Of a stretch of DNA of 64,000 nt, positions 45,509 to 54,239 are shown piece by piece. Origin of the DNA: an uncultured delta proteobacterium (GTDB lineage Bacteria; Myxococcota; UBA727; VGSZ01); assembly GCA_963775425.1 (NCBI GenBank), contig CAVZJB010000017.1, positions 352,001 through 416,000 of the forward strand, in the 5' to 3' direction. Position numbers and translations under genes: made by a program. The stretch's first letter is position 1, and the number at the start of each line of letters is the position of its first letter. The notes beneath the pieces were generated by a model. It did not search any database and was not told where the DNA came from. It worked only from the letters and a program-made list of their open reading frames with translations.

Positions 45509-47011
45509 TCACTCGGCGCAGCTCGTGGTCGACGGTGGCTGCGCCGGGTCGAGCAGGAAGTCGACGCCGGCGCGCCCGAGGCAATCGATGTCCGGTGCGC
45601 GCGTGTGGCCGTCGCCGGCGTACACGACGAGGAAGCTGCTGTTGGCGAGCGCGTCGCGCATCCCTTCGGCCCACGCGAGCGGTGTGGCCTCGTCGTATTG
45701 CGTGGCGAGCAGCAGGAGCGGCGGCGCGGCGGACGGACCGATCACCGCGGGCCGCTCGGGGTGCACCGGCCACGCGACGTTGCCCGCCTCCGAGCGCGCG
45801 GCCCGCGCCGCAGCGCGGGGCGCGAAGCGCGCGCTGTCGACGGCGACGGCGGCGAGGCCGTCCTCGTCGAGCGCCGGCGAAAACGGCCGGTCGGCGGCGG
45901 TGATGGCCCGAAAGGCGACGACGTCGACGTCGCTGTCGAGGAGCGAGGCGAGCGTCGCCACGCCGCGCGGGTCTCCCTGCACGGCGCGCTCGATGACCGT
46001 GGCCGCCGACGTCCACAACCGGTCGGGCGCGAAGCCGGCGCTCACGAGCACGTCGGTGAGCAACCCGCCGTCGACGTGGACGCCGTCGACGTCGACAGGG
46101 AACGCGTCGAGCACGCCCACCGCGGTGTCGAACGCGTTCGCGATGTCGGACGCGTCGCCGGCCGCGGCGAGCGGACACGCCTCGACGCCGGCGCCGGCGC
46201 ACCAGGCGAAGAACCGATGAAACGCGTTCTCCATCGCCACCGCCTGCTCCTCGACGTGGCGCCGGCCCTCATCGGGGGCGAGCGCCGGTGAGTCGAGCAC
46301 GAAGGCGCGCACGCGATCCGGGAAGAGGGTGGCGTACTCCGCCGCGAGCCGCGTCCCCTCCGACGACGCCACCATGTTGAGGCTGTCCTCGCCGAGCGCT
46401 GCGCGAAGCGCGTCGAGGTCGCGGGCGGCGCTGGCGAGGTCGACGTGCGCGAGACGCGGGTCGGCGGCGCACGCGGCGGCGACGCCGCGCTCCGCGTCGA
46501 ACACGAGATCCCACGCGTGCAGCGTCTCCGGCGCGCGGGGCGCGGCGGCGAGCGCGGCGACGTCGGCGTCGCACGCAACGCCGACGCCGCGCCGGTTCAC
46601 GACCACGCGATCGAAGCGGTCGACGACGTCATCGCCCTCGCCCGCGAGGCCCACGCCGGCGAGGCGCGCGAGGCGTGCGACCGCGGGGATGCCGGGACCT
46701 CCGAAGTCGAAGGTGACGACGCCGATGCGCTTCGCGGGATCGAGCGCGGGGATGCGAGCGACGTCGAGCGACAGACGCGCGCCGCCCGGGTGTTCCCAGT
46801 CCGCCGGCACGTCGAGGACGCCGCACGCGGCGCCGGGCACCGTGGCCATCGGCGATGTCACGGGGCACGCGTGGAGCTCGAGCGCAGGGCGCACCTGCGG
46901 CTGCACCGGCTCCGGCGCGCACGCAGCCGCGGCGACGACGACGCAGCCGGCGACGACGACGCAGCCGGTGACGACGGCGTTCGAGCGCGCAGGCGAGGCC
47001 GGCGACGACAT
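45509..47011 (-). CDS. Exported alpha/beta hydrolase (TAP-like peptidase family)
   Basis: CGVLDVPADW, GGPG, RGVG, ARDLDALRAALG, D.ATP, GDGH. Confidence 0.8.
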   Translation of the reverse strand: MSSPASPARSNAVVTGCVVVAGCVVVAAAACAPEPVQPQVRPALELHACPVTSPMATVPGAACGVLDVPADWEHPGGARLSLDVARIPALDPAKRIGVVTFDFGGPGIPAVARLARLAGVGLAGEGDDVVDRFDRVVVNRRGVGVACDADVAALAAAPRAPETLHAWDLVFDAERGVAAACAADPRLAHVDLASAARDLDALRAALGEDSLNMVASSEGTRLAAEYATLFPDRVRAFVLDSPALAPDEGRRHVEEQAVAMENAFHRFFAWCAGAGVEACPLAAAGDASDIANAFDTAVGVLDAFPVDVDGVHVDGGLLTDVLVSAGFAPDRLWTSAATVIERAVQGDPRGVATLASLLDSDVDVVAFRAITAADRPFSPALDEDGLAAVAVDSARFAPRAAARAARSEAGNVAWPVHPERPAVIGPSAAPPLLLLATQYDEATPLAWAEGMRDALANSSFLVVYAGDGHTRAPDIDCLGRAGVDFLLDPAQPPSTTSCAE

Positions 47012-47126
47012 CCGCGGAGCGTGGCACCGTGCGCCCGCGCTGTGCAGGGGGCGCACGTCACGCGCGGCGAACCGCCCCGTCGAGCGCGGGGCAGGAATGC
47101 GGATGCGAGCGGCGCGGAGCTCGCGA

Positions 47127-47738
47127 TCAGGCGCCGGTGAGGATGGCCTTGATGGAGCCGTAGTCCTCGTCGTGGACGGCGCCGACGCGCAGGCAGCGAA
47201 GGTTGCCGTTGGGGTCGATGAGGGCGTGGATGGGGATGGCGGACGCCTTGTCGGCGCCGAGGTTGGTCAGCACCGCCGGCAGATCGTCCGGCGAGCGCAC
47301 CCAGCGCACCCGGCCGGGCATCGCGCGCTTCTGCAGCCACCCCGTCAACGCGGACTCCTCCTCGTCCACGCTCCACAGCTCGAGGTTGAGCGGTACGCCG
47401 TCCTTCTCGAGGGAGCTCTTCCACTTGCCGAGGAGCGCCATCTCCTCGACGCACGGGTGACACCACGTGGCCCACAAGTTCACCCAACGCCACGCGCCCG
47501 CGGGCGCCGGCGGCGCCTTCGGCGCGTTCGGCACCGGGCGCTCGGGCGGGTCCACGAACTTCTTGCCCGCCTCGCCGGCGGGCCACTGCTTCTCGCAGAA
47601 GTGCGCGGCGGCGGTGGACTTCGCCGGCTTCTTGACCGTGTCGAAGCGCGAAGGCGGCGGACCGGCGGTCTTGTCGTCGCAGCCGGCCGACAGCGCGACG
47701 GCGACGACGATGACGACGAGGGGGAACGAGCGGCTCAT
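47127..47738 (-). CDS. TlpA/ResA-like thioredoxin lipoprotein
   Basis: LSAGC lipobox; VNLWATWCHPC; AIP cis-Pro loop. Confidence 0.85.
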   Translation of the reverse strand: MSRSFPLVVIVVAVALSAGCDDKTAGPPPSRFDTVKKPAKSTAAAHFCEKQWPAGEAGKKFVDPPERPVPNAPKAPPAPAGAWRWVNLWATWCHPCVEEMALLGKWKSSLEKDGVPLNLELWSVDEEESALTGWLQKRAMPGRVRWVRSPDDLPAVLTNLGADKASAIPIHALIDPNGNLRCLRVGAVHDEDYGSIKAILTGA

Positions 47739-48418
47739 ATGGAGCAGTCGATCCACGCGACGAACGCGCTGCGGTTGATGTCGCGGCCGCTGCAGTCCTG
47801 CCCGGTGCGCGAGCGGTTCCACTCGCAGAAGTCCTTGCCGAGCTGCGCGTACTCGGCGCCGAGCCACAACAGGCCCACCTTCTTCAGGTCCTCGTCGCCG
47901 GCGAACTTCTCGTTCAAGTGGTCCATGAGCTTCTGCGCGCGGGCCTGCGACAGTTGCGTGTTGTAATCCTTGTCCCCCTCGGGGGACGCGCGCGCCACGA
48001 CGAAGAAGAACGAAGCGCCGCGCTTCTCCGACCAGCTCTTGTCGATCTCCGAGAGGGCGCCGTCGTCGAGGTCGGACTTGTCCTGATCGAATTGGATGAT
48101 GTGCGCGCGGTCTTTCAGCGGCTGGAACAGCGCGTTGAAGTCGTCGCCCGTGAGGGCCGCGACGCTCTTGGCGTCGGCGGGCTTGCAGCCGCGCGCGCCG
48201 TTTTCGAGGAGGCCGCAGGCGCCGGCCACACGGCGCACGACCTGTTTGAGCTGCATGGTGCAGTAGGAGCTCTCCGCCGCGGACGCGATGGGGACGTCGG
48301 AGGCGGCGTCGGTGGAGCCCGCCAGACGCTCGCCGGCGGCCTTCTCGCTGACGACGACGAACGCGAGCGGCAGGACCAGGCAGCCGATGAAGAGGGCGAG
48401 GGAGCGGATGTCGTTCAT
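47735..48418 (-). CDS. Membrane-anchored Cys-containing OmpA-C-terminal-like protein
   Basis: IQFDQDKSDL, ASPEG..YN..LSQARA; ATGA overlaps on both sides. Confidence 0.7.
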   Translation of the reverse strand: MNDIRSLALFIGCLVLPLAFVVVSEKAAGERLAGSTDAASDVPIASAAESSYCTMQLKQVVRRVAGACGLLENGARGCKPADAKSVAALTGDDFNALFQPLKDRAHIIQFDQDKSDLDDGALSEIDKSWSEKRGASFFFVVARASPEGDKDYNTQLSQARAQKLMDHLNEKFAGDEDLKKVGLLWLGAEYAQLGKDFCEWNRSRTGQDCSGRDINRSAFVAWIDCSI

Positions 48419-49689
48419 CGCCGCCTCCCGCCGCTGCTGCCCTCGAGCATCTTGTTCACCGTGTACTCGAGGCCGAGGTCGGTGTCCTCGTCGCAGACGC
48501 GCTTGTCCCCGATGAAGAGCTGCGGCGTGAGCACGGGCAAGGCGTTGGCCACCGCCCACCGCAGGCTGCGGTTCACGGTGTTCTTGATCTTGGGGGAGCC
48601 CAGACACCCCTTCAAGCGCGGGAACTGCTGCTCCAGGCGCTGCCGGATCCTGGCGTCGTCCTGCTTGGCGAGGTCGCGCAGCTCCTCCTGGTGCTCGAAG
48701 GCGTAGTCGAGGACCTCCTCGGCGGACCCCGTGTCACACAACATGGCCTCGCTGACCGCGCAGGCGCCGGGGTGCACGGACTCTTTCACCATCCAGTTGC
48801 ACTTGGCGTCGAGCGGGAAGAGGACGGCCCTGATGTCGAGCTTCTCGTAGAGGTCACTGGCGCGCATGCGCGCGTCGAAGCCTTTGCAGGCGGGGCACAG
48901 CGGGTCCACGACGGCGACGGCGGGCGTGCCGTGGCCGCGCCCGAGGGGGATCATGATGCCGGCCTCCTCCTTCTTCACGAGCGTGCCGCAGCCCGTGCTG
49001 CTCTTGGGCGAAGCGGGCGCGAACATGACGTAGAAGATGGCGAGCACGGCGACGTAGAGCACGCCCTCGCCGAACTGCTTGGCGTACTGCGGCGTCGGCA
49101 GTTGCGCTGACGGCGCCGGCGCCGCCTTCATGTGCGCGAGGATGGCGCACAGGAGGAGCGTCGCGGACGAGAAGTAGATGCCGATGCAGAGCTTGCAGAC
49201 CGCCCCGATCTTCGTGACGGCGATGGTCGCGAAGATGACGGACATCAACGCGGGGAGAAGCGCGGCGGCGACGAGGTAGAGCGACTCGTGCTTGGTGAAC
49301 GGCTTGTTGGACAGGAGCGTGCGGGAGAAGTGCATGACCATGTAGGCGAACACGGCGACGGCGAGGAGCGAGATGGGGAGGCCGCCCCAGAGTGAGTCGC
49401 GGAACATGGAGCTGTACGGCGACATCATGACGGTGCGGCAGCCGCTCTCCCCGATCTCGGCGCCGGCGCCGGGGATGAAGGAGCAGTGGATCGAGTGCAC
49501 CTGGCGGTCGAGGTGGCTGATGAAGTCGCTCGTGGAGACGCTCGCGAACAGGACGCCGGCGATGGAGGCGACCACGGCGAGGATGAGGGCGCCGGGCTTC
49601 GAGCCGCCCGTGGGCGGGGTCGGGGGGTAGGGCGGATAGGGCGAGCCGCCGTCGGGGCGCTGGTCATCGAACGACATGGGCGTGGCCAT
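48415..49689 (-). CDS. VKOR family protein fused to a DsbA-like thioredoxin domain
   Basis: Loop Cys pair, C..V..SPYS, GLP, CKLC; then DPLCPAC, FPLD..CN, TP. Confidence 0.85.
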   Translation of the reverse strand: MATPMSFDDQRPDGGSPYPPYPPTPPTGGSKPGALILAVVASIAGVLFASVSTSDFISHLDRQVHSIHCSFIPGAGAEIGESGCRTVMMSPYSSMFRDSLWGGLPISLLAVAVFAYMVMHFSRTLLSNKPFTKHESLYLVAAALLPALMSVIFATIAVTKIGAVCKLCIGIYFSSATLLLCAILAHMKAAPAPSAQLPTPQYAKQFGEGVLYVAVLAIFYVMFAPASPKSSTGCGTLVKKEEAGIMIPLGRGHGTPAVAVVDPLCPACKGFDARMRASDLYEKLDIRAVLFPLDAKCNWMVKESVHPGACAVSEAMLCDTGSAEEVLDYAFEHQEELRDLAKQDDARIRQRLEQQFPRLKGCLGSPKIKNTVNRSLRWAVANALPVLTPQLFIGDKRVCDEDTDLGLEYTVNKMLEGSSGGRRR

Positions 49690-49876
49690 CGGAAACCTCT
49701 GCGTCGCATCTTTGCGCAAATGCGATCCCGCCGCGAGTGAAGGGACGGACGCCGTAACCGCCTGCCAGCACGCAGGATTCCGCCGGTGGCACCTCCTCCT
49801 ACATCGATCCACCAGCGACGTCGCGCGCACATGTGCCGATAACTCCCGAGATCACCCGACGACCTCAGGGGAGCAC

Positions 49877-52800
49877 ATGTCCATTCGCCGCGCCGACGCA
49901 CCTGCCAACCCGCCCCGCACGAACGCCCTCGCCGAGCGCGAAGAGAATCAGGAGGCCCCGGAGTCGCCGGAGCCGAAGAGCACCGTCGCCGAGCCGCCGC
50001 CGCCGCCGCCGCGGAGCGTCGACGTCGCCTCGCGCAACCGCGTCCGCGCGGCTGCTCTCGCCAACGAAGCGCGCGTGCAGACCCAGGTGCAGGGCGAGGA
50101 GATCACGGGCAACAAAGAGCTCGATCAGCTCCTGAACCAACTCCCCCCCGACCTGCTCAGCATCGTGAAGAACCTCGCGCAGGCGCTGCGCAAGCTCGCC
50201 GACGCCATCGAGAAACAGGCGGGCGCGAAGCCGCAGGACACGGGGACGAATTCCAAGCCCCGTGGCGACGTCCGGACCCCTCAGGCCACCGCACCTCCCG
50301 CCAACAACGCCACCGCCCCCTCCGACGTCGAACAGCTCCTCGAACCCTCGCAAGACGACGCCGACCGCAGGAACGCGAACGGCGCAAACGGCGCAAACAA
50401 CGTCCGCCGCGGTCTCGCCACCAACCCCAAGGCCACGAACCTCGCCGAGACGCCCGACACCGGCGCCAACGCGAACGCCACCCTCGCGACCAACGTCAAC
50501 GCGACCAATCTCGCGACCGACGCGAACGCCCTCGCCAACGTCAACGTCAACGTCGCCAACGCGAACCGCAACGCCAACGCAAACGCGAACGCGGCGAACC
50601 TCGCGACCGACGCCGACGCCACCAACCTCGCCAACGCGAACGTCGCCAACGCGAATCGCAACGCCAACGCAAACGCCAACGCCAACGCGACGAACCTCGC
50701 GACCGACGCCGACGCCACCAACCTCGCCAACGCGAACGTCGCCAACGCGAACCGCAACGCCAAGCCCAACGCCAACGCGACGAACCTCGCGACCGACGCC
50801 GACGCCACCAACCTCGCCAACGCGAACGTCGCCAACGCAAACCGCAACGCCAACGCCAACGCCAACGCCACGAACGCCAACGTCGCAAACCGCGTTGCCA
50901 ACGACGCCAACGCCGACGTCGCCAACATCGCCAACGCAAACGCAGACGCCAACGTCGCCAACGCAAACGCCAACATCGCAAACCGCGTTGCCAACGACGT
51001 CGCCAACAACGCCAACGCCAACGCCAACGCCAACGTCGCCAACGCCAACGCCAACGCCAACGCCAACGTCGCCAGCGCCAACCGGTCGACAACCGTCACC
51101 GACACGACCGCCGCGACGCCGTACACGGTCAAGAAGGGCGACACGATGTCGGCGATCGCGCGGCGCAACAGCGTCTCGCTGAAGAACCTCATCGACGCAA
51201 ACCCGCAGACGCGCGCGAACCCGAACCGCATCCGCGTCGGGCAGACGCTCAACATCCCGAACGCGAAGAAGGCGGCGCCCACGGAGCCGAGCCCGCGACC
51301 GACCACCACGGTGCCCACGCCGACGCCGCGAACGACCACCACCGCGCCTGCGCCGACGCCGCGAACGACCACCACCGCGCCCACGCCGCGCCCGACCCCC
51401 CGCGTGACGACGCCCACCCCGCACCCGACGACGACCACAGCGCCGACGCCGACGACGCGGCCGACGACGCGGCCCGCGACGACCCTGGACCCCAAGCCGA
51501 CGACGACGACGACCCTGGACCCCAAGCCGACGAGGACGACGACCCCGGACCCCAAGCCAACCGCGACGATTACCCCGAACCCCAAGCCGACGACAACGAC
51601 GACCCCGGACCCCAAGCCGACGACGACGACGACCCCGAACCCCAAGCCGACGACGACGACGACCCCGGACCCCAAGCCGACCGCGACAATCACCCCGGAC
51701 CCCAAGCCGACCGCGACGATCACCCCGGCCCCCAAGCCGACCGCGACGACGGCCCCCGCTCCCAAGCCCACGACGACGACGACTCCGGCGCCGAAGCCCA
51801 CGACAACCCGCCCGGCTCCCAAGCCCACGACGACGACGACACCCAATCCCAAGCCGGTGGTGGCGCCGCCGCTCCCGCCGCGCAAACCCGCGCCGCCTCC
51901 GGTCATGGAGCGGCGCTTCGAGACGCAAGGGACCTTCACCGACAAGGACGCGGCCCGCACCAACCTCGCCAACCGCACCTTCGCGCAGCTCAAGACCGCC
52001 GGGCTCCTGCCGGCGGACACCAAGCTCGACACGAAGCTCCCCGCGGACGTGCAGAAGCGCGTCGACCGCGACGCCGCGTTCGACGGGACCAAGCCGAAGA
52101 CCTACGGCGACCTCATGAAGTCGCTCGTCGGCGACGGCGACAAGGACGGCAAGCTCGACTTCGACACGCTCCAACTCAACGAGGTGCTGCCGAAGGCCAC
52201 GCAGCAAGGCATCCTCAAGGCGGTCACCGCCGACACGGCGCCCGCCGACATCGAAAAGACGCTCAAGGCGTCCGGAGCCGACGCCACCGCGGCGGCGGCG
52301 GCGGCCAACGACAAGAAGCTCAAGCTCGACGCCCCCGAGGGGTTCGGGCTCAAGGGCGAAAACAAGATCGACGAGGTTCAGCAGCAGACCCTGCTGCGCA
52401 CGGGCGTCATCTTCGCGGACAGCAACAAGAACGGGAAGCTCGACCCCACCGACAAGGTCAGCTTCCTCGACAAGGACGGCAGCGTTCGGGAGTCGACGTT
52501 CGGCGCGCTCTCACCGCAGCTCCAAAAGACCGTCAAGCTCAACGCCGCCACCGCCGAGGCCGCGCGCACCTACAACGACCGGCCCGTCGATTGGATGCGC
52601 AACCCCGACGGCAGCATCGCGACGGACGCCGACGGGAACAAGATGATCACCAACCGGGTGAAGTTCCCGCACTACAACCGCAAGACCGGCGAGAACGAAA
52701 AGGAAGCGGTCAACACGGACTTCTGGACCATCGACAGCGCCAACGTGCGCGGGCGCAACCAGACGTCGTGGAAGCTCAACGACGGCAAGACGCCGGCGGA

Positions 52801-54229
52801 GGCCGTCGACGACGTCCTCAGCGGCGCCGACAGCCCGAAGTACACCACCGAGTGCGCGCAGATGCGCGACGTCATGCGGCTCAAGGGCCTGCGCGACTAC
52901 TACACGAACGAGTACGGCAAGGACGAGGGATCCTTCCGCTTCAACGCGGAGTTCCCCAAGGACGCCGGTGAGCAGAAGAAGGCGCAGGGCTACCTCACGC
53001 GGCTCGACGCCTTCAAGAAGGCGAACCCCGGCAAAGGCTGGGACGACTTCCAAAAGCAGGAAGCGGCGCCCGCCGTGAAGTACGCGATGCAGATCAGCCG
53101 CCACGACGTGCTCAGCGGCACCGGCTCCGTCATCGCGCCGTGGCAGACCAGCTACAACGCCGGCGAGAGCGCCGCCGGCGACGCCGGCTACTTCCACAAC
53201 TACGGCGTGAGCGTCGAAGGCGTCCGCATCGGCTACGGCGGCGAGAACGTGCTCGACGTCGGCTTCGCCAAGAACCCGAAGACGGGCGAGATCGAGCGCC
53301 AGTTCTGGGGTCACCCCGGCGGCATCAAGGGCGAGAAGGCCTGGCAGGAGGAGCTCGGGACCGACGCGATCATGGCCAAGTCGGGCACCGACTTCCAGGA
53401 GTACTTCTCGGCGGAGGACGTGCAGCGCAAGATCGGCCAGGTCGTCGACAAGCAGACCAAGCGCATCGATGACCTCATCGCCAAGAAGCCCACCGCCGAC
53501 CAGCGCGAGAAGCTCGAGATCGATCGGGCGTTCCTGCAGAGCAGCGGGGACGCGCTCAGCGCGGTGACGTCACACATCGACGACAGCAAGCTCGATGCGG
53601 CCAAGGCGCTCTTGAAGGACGGCAAGGCCGACAAGCCGTCGGACATGAAGCCGCTCGCCAACAGCCTCGACGCGGACGGGAAGAAGCTGGCGGTCGCCGC
53701 CTTCGGCAAGCTGCCGGCGCAGGCCCAGGACGCGTTGGCGAAGATGATCGGCAAGGACAAAGCCAAGCTCAGCGACGACGAAAAGGCGCAGGCCGCGCTC
53801 TATGCGACGATGACCGACGGCGGCCACCTCACGCCTTCCAGCGAGAGCCTGCTGGCGACGTCCGTCGTCAACACCGGCGCGGCGTCGTACCTGAAGGCGG
53901 CCAACGCCAAGACCGCGGCGCCCGCGGGGCCGCTGCACTCGCGCGACGACTTCAACAAGTGGCTCGGCACGCCCGCCTTCGCGAAGTGGTACGAGCAGAA
54001 GACCGGGCAGAAGTGGACCGGCGGCAAGTCCGTCGACGACCTCAGCCACGACGAGGTGCAGAAGATCGTCGAGCTCGCGCTCCCGCAGACCAAGAACATG
54101 CGCACGGCGTACGTGAGGCTGAACGGCGGCACGCCGCAGTACGTCTCGTCGCAGCTCGCGACGCTCTTGAAGGACGGCAAGCTCGCCGCCGCCGAGTATT
54201 CGTCGGAGGGCACGTCAATTCCGCTGTGA
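49877..54229 (+). CDS. Large LysM protein with Asn/Ala and Pro/Thr/Lys repeats and a Tgl-like transglutaminase domain
   Basis: AGGGGAG RBS; LysM YTVKKGDTMS.IA..N..LIDANP..NRIRVGQTLNIP; TECA, GD..YFHN, GENV, WGH motifs. Confidence 0.8.
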   Translation: MSIRRADAPANPPRTNALAEREENQEAPESPEPKSTVAEPPPPPPRSVDVASRNRVRAAALANEARVQTQVQGEEITGNKELDQLLNQLPPDLLSIVKNLAQALRKLADAIEKQAGAKPQDTGTNSKPRGDVRTPQATAPPANNATAPSDVEQLLEPSQDDADRRNANGANGANNVRRGLATNPKATNLAETPDTGANANATLATNVNATNLATDANALANVNVNVANANRNANANANAANLATDADATNLANANVANANRNANANANANATNLATDADATNLANANVANANRNAKPNANATNLATDADATNLANANVANANRNANANANATNANVANRVANDANADVANIANANADANVANANANIANRVANDVANNANANANANVANANANANANVASANRSTTVTDTTAATPYTVKKGDTMSAIARRNSVSLKNLIDANPQTRANPNRIRVGQTLNIPNAKKAAPTEPSPRPTTTVPTPTPRTTTTAPAPTPRTTTTAPTPRPTPRVTTPTPHPTTTTAPTPTTRPTTRPATTLDPKPTTTTTLDPKPTRTTTPDPKPTATITPNPKPTTTTTPDPKPTTTTTPNPKPTTTTTPDPKPTATITPDPKPTATITPAPKPTATTAPAPKPTTTTTPAPKPTTTRPAPKPTTTTTPNPKPVVAPPLPPRKPAPPPVMERRFETQGTFTDKDAARTNLANRTFAQLKTAGLLPADTKLDTKLPADVQKRVDRDAAFDGTKPKTYGDLMKSLVGDGDKDGKLDFDTLQLNEVLPKATQQGILKAVTADTAPADIEKTLKASGADATAAAAAANDKKLKLDAPEGFGLKGENKIDEVQQQTLLRTGVIFADSNKNGKLDPTDKVSFLDKDGSVRESTFGALSPQLQKTVKLNAATAEAARTYNDRPVDWMRNPDGSIATDADGNKMITNRVKFPHYNRKTGENEKEAVNTDFWTIDSANVRGRNQTSWKLNDGKTPAEAVDDVLSGADSPKYTTECAQMRDVMRLKGLRDYYTNEYGKDEGSFRFNAEFPKDAGEQKKAQGYLTRLDAFKKANPGKGWDDFQKQEAAPAVKYAMQISRHDVLSGTGSVIAPWQTSYNAGESAAGDAGYFHNYGVSVEGVRIGYGGENVLDVGFAKNPKTGEIERQFWGHPGGIKGEKAWQEELGTDAIMAKSGTDFQEYFSAEDVQRKIGQVVDKQTKRIDDLIAKKPTADQREKLEIDRAFLQSSGDALSAVTSHIDDSKLDAAKALLKDGKADKPSDMKPLANSLDADGKKLAVAAFGKLPAQAQDALAKMIGKDKAKLSDDEKAQAALYATMTDGGHLTPSSESLLATSVVNTGAASYLKAANAKTAAPAGPLHSRDDFNKWLGTPAFAKWYEQKTGQKWTGGKSVDDLSHDEVQKIVELALPQTKNMRTAYVRLNGGTPQYVSSQLATLLKDGKLAAAEYSSEGTSIPL
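50371..51083 (+). repeat. Asn/Ala-rich tandem repeats (NLATDADATNLANANVANANRNANANA)
   Basis: At least three near-identical long units plus gccaac microsatellite. Confidence 0.9.
51277..51900 (+). repeat. Pro/Thr linker including about 30-nt units encoding (D/N/A)PKPTTTTTP
   Basis: About a dozen copies of cccaagccgacgacg-type units. Confidence 0.9.
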
Positions 54230-54239
54230 TGGGACCCGC

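Noticed and set aside
45509-47011. TAP-like hydrolase as a pseudo-enzyme
   Set aside because: The elbow reads ASSEG rather than GxSYG, but candidate Ser, Asp and His are retained; not enough to call it inactive.
50281-52092. Hydrophobic (ALALA/VVVG) antisense ORF resembling a membrane protein, and the WR-repeat ORF 50547-51092
   Set aside because: Reverse-complement readings of the Asn/Ala and Pro/Thr repeats of the LysM gene.
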